Assembly (NCBI RefSeq): GCF_009914755.1
Contig: NC_060926.1
Direction: 5' to 3' (one strand)
Source of the DNA: the human T2T-CHM13v2.0 reference genome, Homo sapiens
Length of the DNA: 64,000 nucleotides
Below, in pieces: positions 1 through 11,825 of this stretch (position 1 is its first letter; each line of letters begins with the position of its first letter). The position numbers and the translations under genes are program-made. The notes under the pieces are model-generated. The model was not told the origin of the DNA and made no database searches. It worked only from the letters and a program-made list of their open reading frames with translations.

Positions 1-580
1 ACTTGTTATTAAATTCTAGTCTCATCAGTTGTTTTTAAGTTTGTTTTTGCAATTTAGGTTAACCCTGCTTATTCCTGTGAACCAACCAGTGATTTCTGGA
101 TGCTATTCAGAAGAAACAAGAGGGATAAGTGATGTAAAAATCTGGATCAATATTCTAATCTTGGGCATATTGGAATCAGCTAGCAACCTCATATCAGCTT
201 AGTTCCAACAGTTGCTCAGTTCATGGAAAGCCTTCTAATCTAGTTTACTTGGAATAATTTTACTCATTTTGTTTACTCTTGTGGAATATACTGCTGTTGT
301 ACTCTTTGTGTAGGAATGCAGGACAAGCTTACTGAATGTTTTCTTAAATTGAACACTTATTAATCTTCCAGATATTATCTTTTGTCTGAACTGGGAGTTA
401 TGAATGGCCCTCACCATACCAATGCTTTCTGACTGAGCTCCCCTCTACCCTGAAAATAAGAGACCCTAATAGTTAGGCAGGAATATGATTGCCCCTATTC
501 AGCCTGAAGTAGTTACAGAAGATGGAGCTTTGTCCCTCTGCAACCCTTAGGATTAACAGTTGTCTTATAAAAGTGGCGAG
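1..580 (+). mobile_element. ERV1 internal sequence, 3' end (MER41-int/MER4-group), running off the window start
   Basis: Non-coding ERV1-like sequence ending in caacccttaggattaa followed by a purine tract, directly 5' of a MER41 LTR once the Alu is removed. Confidence 0.65.
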
Positions 581-600
581 GGTAGGGGGAGTGGGGGATG

Positions 601-903
601 GGGGCATGGTGGCTCATGCCTGTAATCCAAGGAGTTTGGGAGGCTGAGGGGGTAGGATCACCTGAGGTCAGGAGTTCAAAACCAGCCTGACCAACATGAT
701 GAAACTCCATCTCTACTAAAAATACAAAAATTATCTGGGTGCGGTGGCAGGTGCTTGTAATCCCAGCTACTTGGGAGGCTGAGGCCTTGAACCTTGAACC
801 TGGGAGGTGGAGGTTGCAGTGGGCTGAGATCTTGCTATTATACTCCAGCCTGGGCAACAAGAGCTAAACTCCATCTCAAAAATAAATAAATAAATAAATA
901 AAA
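601..903 (+). mobile_element. AluS inserted in the polypurine tract before the 3' LTR
   Basis: Dimeric Alu (ggtggctcatgcctgtaatcc ... ccagcctgggcaacaagagc) with an (AAAT)n tail. Confidence 0.95.
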
Positions 904-920
904 GAAAGGGATGGGGAAAA

Positions 921-1509
921 TCTCAGAGGCATGTGAACCAGAGCAACTCCATCTTAAATAGGAGCTGGGTAAAATAAAGCTGAGACCTACTGGGCTGCAT
1001 TCCCAGATGGTTAAGGCATTCTAACTTACAGGATGAGATAGGAAGCCAGCACAAGACATAGGTCATAAAGACCTTACTGATAAACAGGTTGCAGTAAAGA
1101 AGCCAGCATTATACCACCAAAACTAAGATGGCCACAAGAGTGACCTCTGGTCGTCCTCACTGCTACACTGTCATCAGCGCCATGACAGTTTACAAATGCC
1201 ATAGCAATGTCAGGAAGCTACCCTATGTGGTCTAGAAAGGAGAGGCATACCCTACAACTAACGGGGAGTTACCCTATATGGTCTAGAAAGGGGATGATAT
1301 GTTTAGCATATCATCAGGAAATAACCATAAAAATGAGCAACCAGCAACCCTTGGGGCTGCTCTGTCCATGAAGAAGCCATTCTTTTATTGCTTTACTTTC
1401 TTAATAAACTTATTTTCACTTTACTCTATGGACTCACCCTGAATTCTTTCTTGTGTGAGTTCCAAGACCCCTCTCTTGGGGTCTGGATCAGGACCCCTTT
1501 CCTCTAACA
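921..1509 (+). mobile_element. MER41 LTR (MER41A-like), 3' LTR of the ERV1
   Basis: Starts tctcagaggc...aaccagagcaactccatctt, contains AATAAA, ends ggacccctttcctctaaca; preceded by purine tract aaagaaagggatggggaaaa. Confidence 0.85.
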
Positions 1510-1698
1510 TGTGGAGAAAGAGTATGGACATTTGAGTTAACTGAAACCATAATCCCATTTTTTTCCAATCATTGTGAGTGCCCTTCTTAAGATTGATAAT
1601 CTACACATACCTGGCTGATTCACCTCTAAATCTAGTTCTGTCTACTTTATGGGTGGAAGTAGGTGAAATAATTCATGTAAAGATTTTAACACTGTAAC

Positions 1699-2254
1699 TG
1701 TAACAGGTCTGTTGCCCGATGCACAAGGCAAGTAAATACGCAATACAACAGAGAAACAGGTTTAATCATAGGGCCACCAAATGAGGAGACAGGAGGAAAC
1801 CTTAAATCCATCTTCCTGAGGAGTTTGGGGCTGGGGGGTTTTCAGGGTTTTAGAGGGCAAATGTATAGAGATTGTTGATTGATCCAAGAGTGCAGGGTGA
1901 AGTGATGGGACAGGGAGATGAAGAAACTGTAGTATGCTGATTCTGTTTCTTGGTGGGGGTCTTTAAACCAGTTGGCACCAGCTATTTCACTGGAATTTGG
2001 AATCTGAAAAGCATCTTAAACAATTCTTAAACAAAAGACATATGATTCTAATGTCAGAAGTCCTACCTATATTAAAGAAAAACCTTATGATTCTAAAGTC
2101 AGAAATCCCATCTATAGAAACAAAGGGAATGCAAATGTCAGTATCTAGTGCTACATGACTTTTGGTTACAGGAAGTGGGTCAAAGTGAAGCCTGATAAAT
2201 GCTTAATTATATTTCTTTCCAGAATTCTCATTAACCCTGCAAGGTGATTTCAAC
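1699..2254 (-). mobile_element. ERV1 solo LTR, MER66-like
   Basis: TG...CA termini; reverse strand reads tgttgaaatcaccttgcagggttaatgagaattctgg...gtagcactagatactgac. Confidence 0.6.
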
Positions 2255-2765
2255 ACAGTGTTTGCTCCATAAATAGTAATCATTTTTACCTGTATTTATC
2301 CATATTTACCCATAAATATTAACTATGTATAATACGGATGTTTGAGGAGTGAGGAAGAGGCAAGTAAGGAAGAATTCAGGAAGAGGCTTCTGAGAGGAAT
2401 AAGAACAAATTAGACTTCTTTGAAGTTTTGCCTGTTTTGTGGTGGCAGTCAACATGATCCACAAAACAAGTTGCATCAGACTTCCACTACTTCAAGTTTT
2501 CTATAAGAGCCATCATTCTAAAATGCATATAAGATCATGATCATCCTGAACTGGTTACCTTTAGCCAACAGAATAAAATCCGAATGGCTTAGAAAGGCTT
2601 CTATTGAACCTGAATTAATCTACAAATTTAATGCACTCCTAATTAAAATCTCGGCAGAGCTTTTCTGGGAGCTTGATGGGTTGATTTAAAACATATATTG
2701 CCGAACAAAACGGCCAAAAAAAGTGAAAAAAAATCAAGAAGAATAGAAAAATAGGAATATTAACC

Positions 2766-3099
2766 TGCTGTGGCCAAAATGTTGTGTTCCCCCAAATTCA
2801 TTTGTGGAAATTCTAACCCCAAAGGTGATAGTGTTAAGAAGTGGGGCCTTTGGGAGGTGATTGGATTAGTGCCTTCAGAAAAGAAGTGTGAGGGAGCTTG
2901 TTTACCCCTTTCACTGTGTGAGGATACTGCCAAGAAAGCACTATTCTATAAATGAGGAAATGAGCTCTCATCAGAAATGAAATCTGCTGGTGCCTGTGAT
3001 CTTGAACTTCCCGGTCTCCAAAATGAGAAATAAATTTCTGTTGCTTGTAAGCCACTCAGTTTATGATGTTTTGTTATAACATCCTGATAAACCAAGACA
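2766..3099 (+). mobile_element. MaLR LTR (MLT1A/MSTD-like)
   Basis: tgctgtgg...ccccaaattcatttgtggaaattctaacccc ... aataaatttctgttgcttgtaagccactcagtttatg...aagaca. Confidence 0.8.
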
Positions 3100-4049
3100 T
3101 TGCCAAATCACACAAAAAAATTATTTTAAAGCTCTAGTATTTAAAATGGTTATCATTATAACCATACCATTTTAAATACTACATTGCAGGGATAGACAAG
3201 TGATTAATGAAACAGAATACAGGTATTTGATCATTGGCATTTTAACAAAAGTAAAATGATGAACTATTTTATAAATAGTGCTAGAAAAATCAGTAATTCA
3301 TATGAAACAAAATGATCTCATTTTTCTATGTTATTTTATGTACAAAAATAAATTCCAAGTGAGTAAATATCTTAATATAAAAATCAACTTTTATCCCTTC
3401 TGGAAGTAAGGGTAGTGGCCTGTATTTAGGACTCCAGGTCAAATGAATTTATTAAACAAACATAAAATGTGTAATCTCCAATAAAAAAGATGGGTAACTT
3501 TGACTACATTAGAATTTAAAACTTTACTACTAAAAGTGACCTTATAAAATGTGAAAAGGAAAGTCTAACCATTACTAATATTTGGAAAATATGAAGGTTA
3601 CCTACAAATCAATAAGAAAGAGAAAATCTAATTAAAGCAAAAACAACCATCAAAAAGGCTAGGAACAGGCAAACTGCAAAAGGAGAAACTCAAGTACCTA
3701 ATAAGCAGATGAAAAGCTGCTCAATCTCTAGTAATTAGAGAAATAAAAAATAAAACCACAATAAAATGTGTTTTCATATTCATCAAACTGGTAAACATTT
3801 TTTAAAAATGTTTCATACTGGAAAGAAAGTGAAGAAATAATTATCCTCATTCATTGCTGAAGGAAATACACATTTCCTCTGGAAAGAAATTTTGCAATAT
3901 CTCATAAGTTGGAGGTGTACGTGATCTAAGAGTCAAACTTTCACTCCTAGGAATGTATCCTAGAGAAATTCTCACATTTTTTGTATAAGACATATGTATG
4001 AGAATGATTTTTTAAATCACTGTATGATATGTACGATATTATTATGTAG

Positions 4050-4260
4050 CACCCATTCTACAGTGTTTTACCTATAGTAACTCTTTTCAGCTTCACAATA
4101 ACCCTCTGAAGTAGATCCTAATTTTATCCTCATTTACAGATGAAGAAATTGAGATACAAAAGAGGAAGAAATTTGCCATGTTCATAGAGCTGATAAGTGG
4201 TGAAACAGATTTAAAGCAGATAGTCTGGTCCCAGAGTCCATCCTCCTCACCCATATGTTA
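4050..4260 (-). mobile_element. MIR SINE
   Basis: MIR core: cacaataaccctctgaagtag...catttacagatgaagaaattgagataca. Confidence 0.8.
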
Positions 4261-4383
4261 TAACAGCTCATACGCCTAAAGGGAAAAATTTAGAAACATG
4301 TTAAATGTCCATCAACAAAGAACTAAATAAGTATAGTCATATAACAGAAAATTTTACAGTTTCACCTATCAACAAGGGCAAAC

Positions 4384-4721
4384 TGGGTGTGGTGACTCAT
4401 GTCTGTAATCCCAGTATTTTGGGTGGATGAAGTGAGAGGATTGCCTGAGGCCAGAAGTTCCAGACCAGCCTGGGGAATATACTCAGACCTTCCTCTTACT
4501 GTAGAAAAAAATAAAAAATAGAAAAAAAACAAAAATAGCTGGGAGGGATGGCATGCCCCTGTAGTCTCAGCTATTCAGGAGACTAAAGCAGGAGGACTGA
4601 TTGGGTTCAGGAGTTCAAGACTGCAGTTATCTGTAATATTGCCACTGCACTCCAGCCTGAGTAACAGAGCGAGACTCCAGACTCCATCTCAAAAACAACA
4701 ATGACAACAAACAAACAAAAA
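4384..4721 (+). mobile_element. AluJ
   Basis: Diverged dimeric Alu with AluJ diagnostics (ttgcctgaggccagaagttc, caggagttcaagactgcag). Confidence 0.9.
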
Positions 4722-5878
4722 CACCAGAAAAATCTTGAAAAAAAAAGTTACAGATCAGTATGTCAATTTGATATCATTTATACATTTTTATACATTTTAC
4801 ACCATTTAAAAATAAATAAAATACATTATTTTTAGATATATATAATAAAGTGAATATGTTATATATAAGAATAATAAATATCAAATTCTCGTTAACAGAA
4901 GATATAATTTGAAGATACCAATTATACATCAATAAAGCTGGAGGAAAAAAATAAAGCAAAGAAATTAGTTTAACACCAGAAAGAAAAAAAAAAAAAAGAA
5001 CAATTAATGAAGGAAATGGGGCCAGGGAGGAGTATAAGAAGAAATTTCAAATATATCTTAAGGTTAAAAAGAAAGAATTTGAAGAAAGCCTGGCATAACA
5101 TTAATGTTTGTCAAAATTATGAGATACTCAAATGTTTCTTAAATTATTTTGCATAATTTCCTGTATGTATATTTTATAATGATACTACTACTTGTAAAAA
5201 TCATAAAAGAAACTCAGCTTAGCACTCACTGTGCAACTTTCTCCTATTTCCTTGTTGCTCTAGATTTGTGAAGCAGGTTGATGTGGTCTTTCCAGGGAGG
5301 AAATCTCATCTACTCCTAAATCCGACTATCTTATTCCTAACAGTGTTTTCCATGTGGGCTCCTAAGGTTGTGACTCATCACATTGTGAGCTCTACTCTCC
5401 TTGCAATGGCTGCTAGATCCAAAGTGGCATGTAATCTTCGTCACATGTGGTGCCATCCCAGCTCTCCCTACCCCTGTCATTCTTGACTCTGATTCCTACC
5501 CCTGTGATCATGATGAGTTTCCTTGGGGAGTGTCTAGTGTCCTTTGTCCTTTTAAGGAAGGTCCAGCTCAAACCATAAGAGTGATTATAATAAAACTCAA
5601 CCATAAAAGACAATTATTTCTATACCCGTTTTCCTTCAAGTCTCCTCAGGTATTATGCTAATTTTTCTCTATTCTTTTCAGAAGACTGAACATTTCCTGA
5701 CAAGAAGATTAAAGAGACAGCTTTTATAAGGAAAAAATAGCAACTACAAAATCATCATCCTAAATTCATATCACTAAGAAAAAGACATGTAAGTGCTTCT
5801 TCTCCAAAAAAGTATGGTGTGCTTTAAGATGACCCACTGTCCATTCCAAAACTGAGAAGGTATTGACAGCTTTTTAAA

Positions 5879-5899
5879 ATATATATATTATATATATAT

Positions 5900-5954
<55 letters not shown>
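5879..5954. repeat. Compound (TA)n(CA)n(TA)n microsatellite at an Alu tail
   Basis: Seen directly. Confidence 0.95.
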
Positions 5955-5969
<15 letters not shown>

Positions 5970-6248
5970 GAGACAGGGTCTCACTTATTGCCCAGGCTAA
6001 AGTGCAGCAGCACAATCACAGCTCACTGCAGCCTCAACCTCTGGTGTTCCAGTGATCCTCCCACCTCAGCCTTCCTAGTAGCTCAGACCACAGGTGTGCA
6101 CCGCTACACCTAGCTAATTTTTGTCTTTTGTACAGACAGGGTCTCCCCATGTTGCCCAGGCTGTTCTCAACCTCTTGGGCTCAAGCGATCCTCCAGCAGT
6201 GGCCTCCCAAAGTGCTGGGATTACGGGCATGAGCCACGGCACCTGGCC
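5955..6248 (-). mobile_element. AluJ
   Basis: Poly-T, then gagacagggtctcac ... gagccacggcacctggcc. Confidence 0.92.
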
Positions 6249-7639
6249 TGACAGCTTTTAAGTAGTAGTACTGATTTCTTAGTTTCTGACTAATCAGGTT
6301 CCCACCAGTATGATTCATCCATATTTTAGAAAACCTGAGTGTGGGTATGATGATATTCTGTCTCTACCTTTCGAGTCATCTGCAATTTTAAAGAGATAAT
6401 TTTTATTATTTTATAGAGTCATTTTTACACAAATTTACACTTTAAGGGAAAGGAATTATGTTCCCACAGCTCAATTTCAGGCATCATTGAGCAGGTGGGA
6501 GATCTGCCCCCTTTTTCTGTTTTTGTTTAATTAAGGCTTTGACTTTACTTATGTCTCCATGTAAGACACTCTTTTACTCATGCATTTTATTTCACATAAC
6601 TAATTCAAATTCTTTCATTTCAACATATATCATTTCTACCTAATTAATATTTATATCCATATAGGAAATAAGTATTTAATATTTGTCTGTTGTAATTTTT
6701 TTTAAAAAATCGATTCATCTCTTTATACAATACTATCTGAAATGCAAAACAGTATTGGTTTAATAAGCTCTCACACCATTTCATAGAAAATTACCTTTAT
6801 CATTCCTGTCTTTCTGTATTGGGATAGAATTTCAAAAGGTAAAATAATATTGTTTTTATGATGATAATGTTATCATAAAATAACCTAACATTTTAAAAGC
6901 ATTTATTATTTCAGATGTTTTTCCCTCTTACATGATACAGATTTATTCTATATAATTAAGTCTACAGTAATTAATCATACAAGAAGATAAACTGTGCACA
7001 TTTATTTTTGAGAAGGCAAAAGGGAGCCTCATCTGTGGTGTCCTACACAGTTTAGTGTCTTTTCAGAAATATTTCAAATTCCTTTGGGCCTGTGACACAC
7101 TTTATTTTACTAACAAAAAAGGCAAGGCAAACAAACTCCCTCCAACCATTTTTTAAAATAAAATTGTAAGACTCGTGCACAGAATGTTTTTGGCAGAAGT
7201 CAAAACTTTATTATTCTCCCAACAAACTTCTTGAGAGCTTCTTTAATGATTGTGATATAGGCTCTGCCACATACCTGGCGATAATATGTGTTTGGCAGAT
7301 AATATCAGGATATCATCTGAGTGCATGGCTATTTATGTTAGAAGTGCTTGTACCTAAGAATCATACGGTTTTATTATAGAAACATCAATGTTCAGCAAGC
7401 TCTAGATATAGCTATGATTTAATAATGTTTATCTTTAATTGATTCAGTAAACAGTTGTCAAATGCCTGCTATATGTCAGGGAATAAGAGCTAAGGAAACA
7501 AAACTAATAAAATTACTTTCTTGATTGAAGGAATCTCAGTTTCATGAAGAAATAAATATGAATAAACAAGAACAAAAAAGAATAATATTACACATAATGA
7601 GGTGGATAAAATTTTATTTGCCACAATGCCTCTATGGTA

Positions 7640-8383
7640 GAGTGTATTATTATGCATAAATACTCACTGTCCTTTCTGTTTGAAGAAGAGAAATCATAGC
7701 TTCCTTAACGTATTGATGCCATATGTGCCTGCATGACTTGATTAACTAATGAGACATGAGGTTAAGTGATGCATATCACATAGGCCAACATGGAGTTTAT
7801 CATTCTACTTTCCTTTTTCCAAGGAAAAAGGAAAAAAAGAAATTGACTATTAGCATTTCTGCTAGAAGCAGCAATATCTTCCTGAATCTTCAAGTAAAAA
7901 ATACTTAGAATCATAGCTGACCTGGATTGAACATGTAAGGTGAGTGAGGACTAAACTTTTGTTACTAAGCCTCTGAGACTTAGGGATTATTTGTTACTTG
8001 TTATGGTTTGGCTGTGTCCCCACCCAACTCTCATCTTGAATTCCCGCATGTTGTGGGAGGGACCCAGTGGGAGGTAATTGAATCTTGGGGGCAGGTCTTT
8101 CCCATGCTTTCTGTTCTCGTGATAGTGAATACGTCTCACGAGATCTGATGGTTTTAAAAAGGGGAGGTTCCATGCACAAGCTCTCTTTTCTTGTCTGCTG
8201 CCATATGAGACCTGCCTTTCACCTTCTGCCGTGATTGTGAGGCCTCCCTGGCCATGTGGAACTGTAAGTCCAATAAAATTCTTTCTTTTGTAAATTGCCC
8301 ATTCTCAGGTATGTCTCTATCAGCAGCATGAAAACAGACTAATACGTTGCTGCAGCATAACCTATGCTATCTGGACTGATACA
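7640..8383 (+). mobile_element. Old MaLR LTR (MLT1H/J/K-type) split by THE1
   Basis: The MLT1 3' end aagcctctgagacttagggattatttgttact ... gcagcataacctatgctatctggactgataca is rejoined when THE1 is removed; 5' boundary approximate. Confidence 0.65.
7999..8346 (+). mobile_element. THE1 (THE1B-like) solo LTR
   Basis: tgttatggtttggctgtgtccccaccc ... cagcagcatgaaaacagactaatac; imperfect 5-bp TSD ttact/ttgct. Confidence 0.9.
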
Positions 8384-9132
8384 ATCCCTTGGAGTTGCAT
8401 AGCACGTGTTTTAACAAAATGCTCCAATAAGCCCCTGTGAAGTAAGATTGGAGCCTCTGAAGTCACAGATGGAACTTCACTAAGAGGACTACGCCACTCC
8501 AGTTGAGATTCAAGGAATTCATTTGCTGTTAGTAAGATGGACCAATACTATTAGAATTAGGGGTAGAAAGGAGAGGTAGCAGAAGATAAGAAAAAAAGCC
8601 ACATAAACACAAAACTACAGAAAGCAAAAAACTGCCTAAATATGAGACTGCTGTGGGAGCAGGTGGAGAATATCAGGGCTAGTGATTTGCGTTTTTACAG
8701 GCCTCGACATTAACTTAGGTACCACTATATATTACTAAATTGTTAAGCACTAGGCTACTAGCATTAAATTACTCTATGACATATTTCTCTCCCAGAGTGG
8801 GACACAAAATAGATGTGGAAAACAAACAGAAAAAAATCCAGAGCAAGGTACAAGCTTCCCATGTCTGACTAGCTCTACTTGCCCACATAATTATCACATC
8901 CCTGCTCATTGACTGATTCCTGTGATTTGTGTTGGCAAGCTGGCTTGCTTGAAGTTTATGGATTGTTTTGCATCCATTTAGAGATCAAGGAACATAAAGC
9001 ATAATCAAATATATGACACCATATAAATATATACATTTTGGTAGAACTACTTTGGCATAAGGCCTAGACATGTTTTTAGGTTCCAACAATTGCACAGTTG
9101 GAGTTTCCAAACAATCGTAAAATATAGCCAGA

Positions 9133-9397
<265 letters not shown>

Positions 9398-10564
9398 TAA
9401 GTATAGCCAGAATTTAATGCTATTGCAATAGAGGGATAGAGAACTACCTCCAATATATGTATTTCAGTGTAGCTCTTTAGAGATAGTGCTATATGTTTAT
9501 TTATTTTCTATCTTTTTAGTAACTTTAGTAGTTGAAAGTTTGGGATGAAAAATGGAAGGTCAGCAATAATAACAGATGGTGCTGTCTGCAAATAGTGCAG
9601 GACAGTAACTAGTCAAATATCACGGACAACATTTCTTCAGTCATTCCACGGAATATGTGAATTGTAATCTGTTCCTGGCACTGAGCTGAGCTTAATTTTT
9701 GGTCCCTGTGAACCATGTTAGAGCTCCCAGTCTTGTGGAACAGCAAAATATTTAAATTCACAATGCAGAGAAGGCCTTTTTCTTCTCATTGAGAACAAAC
9801 CAGTCTAGAACTGATGACTCTAATACTTATACCAAACTACCATGCCTTTATAGATTTCATCACTTAGTATGTGGATCATATAGAAACTCAATAAGATATT
9901 TTTTATATTTATGCTTTCTGTCAGTAAGATAATAATGTGGATAATTTGATATTTGAATTTATCTGATCAAAGTTCATCACAAAATTATTTCAGCATTTTA
10001 TATTATCTCTCAAGCACACCATTTATTTGCTCTTTGATTTTATTTCAGAAGTGTTGATTTTGATCATATCTGAAACATGTATAATTCCAATCCAAGTAAA
10101 TTCTAATTTATGTGGTTCATTTCACAATCTTTAGGAACTTAACTACAAATAGTAAAATAGTTCAACGTCTGTAACTTTTTTGATTATATTAATTAACTTT
10201 AAGTTCTACAGATTTTTAAATGAAAGATTTTTAAGGAAAAAAATCTGTAGAAACAGGAGGAAGAAGAACATGAAAGCACAAATAAAATCACAAAATATTC
10301 TTAGATACAGACAACTCTTGATTGCTCAGAAAATTAACTAGTTTCAGATATTCTGAAAGAGCTGGCTAGGGAGTGGGAGGGTGTTAAGGAATCAAGCAGG
10401 TGATATTTCTCAGTTTGCAGTCAGTAATTTGGAGTTTAAGCTTTAATGTCCCCTTTACTACCTCCTATAAGGGTTGCTAATCAAGGATAATTACCCAGAT
10501 TATAAAGCTTTTTCCTGGGGAGATAAATGAACAGAAGAAGGACACAGCTGCAAAACCAGGATGA

Positions 10565-10733
10565 GCAATGCTTCTCAGACTTTACTGTGCCCACTAATCA
10601 CACGGAGATTTTGTTAGAATGCAAATTCCGAGTAAGCAGATCTGGAGCTGGGCCTAAGATTCTGCGTTTCTAACAAGCTCCCACCTAATACCTACGCAAC
10701 TGATTCTTGCATCACACTTTTTTGAGTGGCAAG
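10565..10733. mobile_element. MER5 (hAT-Charlie MITE)
   Basis: gcaatgcttctcagactt...aatgcaaattc...gggcctaagattctgcgtttctaacaagctccc. Confidence 0.8.
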
Positions 10734-11825
10734 ACTGGACTTAGTTCTAATGATGTTTTATCTATGACTTCCTCATTATTGCAGTTAATTGAGTATCCAC
10801 TCTATTTTTTCTTGCATTAGCAGAATTGTTTATTTATAGGTGATAAAATGATAAAAATAATACAAATCTCTTTACTTATGTTTCTAATCTATTATTTTGT
10901 TTAAATGGAGTAGAAGTCGGAAGAATGAAATTGAGACAAAGGTATTTTTTCAAATAACCATTTTAGAAAAATTAGGTAGCAGAAAGAAAGAAACATCTCT
11001 TTATCCAAATGATAGCTTGTTTTTAATTTGGCCATATAACATTTTTATTTAAAATATCAAAAATAATTTGTGTAATAGTCAGTTTAGTCCTATCTAGCTA
11101 GTTTGCTTAGAGCAATTTAAATTTTATGTCTCCACCTGTAAAATAAATAAATTGAATAAAATTAGTTGGATTACCTTAAAATTCTGAAATTGTATAAGGA
11201 CGTTTTTATACTTTTACTTAGCGCTAACATAAGTTAACACTGATCAGTGAATCTAGTAAAAGTTTGACCTCAAGTCCTAAAAAATCAAGTGTGAAACAAT
11301 ATAGAAATCTGATATCTTACTGAGAAACAAAAATAGGATAACAGGCTTGAATGCCAGCTCTGCTCCTTCTTGACTGAGGAACTCTGTTTTGCTTCAGTTT
11401 CTCATTCAATAAAAAGGTGAAGGAAAACTGAAAATGTGTTGATTAAATTCTTTAAATTGCTGATGAACTTACAAGGCTGAAAATGAGAAGCAATACAGCA
11501 TGGAAGATTTTTGCTTTTTTTTCCTTTTTGTACACCTCTGATAGAAGCCTCAGATAAAAGTAAAACTCCCAAAATTCAATGTCATTTGTAAATTAATCCT
11601 GACAACTACAGAGGGTGAATAAGAACTGTCAGGTTTTATACTACTATGGTAGTCAAAGCCAACTACAATGCTCTTCTAAAAGAAAGGAGGTATTCTTAAT
11701 AGAAACATCAATTTTGAACTTTATTATTAAGGCAATATTTAGGGTTAAAAAGTAGTTTACTAGTATTGTTTGGAATTTACCTTTGGAATTTAAAGTATTT
11801 GAGAAAAATCACGTGTAGTAAACCC

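Larger units (their letters stand above)
2605..5175 (+). mobile_element. Fragmented old L1 (L1ME-type ORF2 3' part and 3' UTR), interrupted by MLT1A, MIR and Alu
   Basis: A-rich degenerate L1 motifs (atctacaaatttaatgca, gaaaagctgctcaatctc, tcctaggaatgtatcc, aaatgtccatcaaca). Confidence 0.7.

Noticed and set aside
513-860. 115-aa ORF and similar ORFs at 9047, 21556, 23561, 24407, 24441, 36920, 36939, 39400, 48493 and 49696
   Set aside because: All are translations of Alu sequence (LPRLECNG.., SRDRVSPC..), not genes
2033-2117. Direct repeat of about 46-bp period (tatgattctaa.gtcagaa)
   Set aside because: Internal to an LTR and probably part of its consensus or a neutral duplication
6854-6880. 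AT-rich hairpin ttttatgat...atcataaaa, and aatttagt-aa-actaaatt near 51783
   Set aside because: Stems of 8-9 bp in very AT-rich DNA are expected by chance
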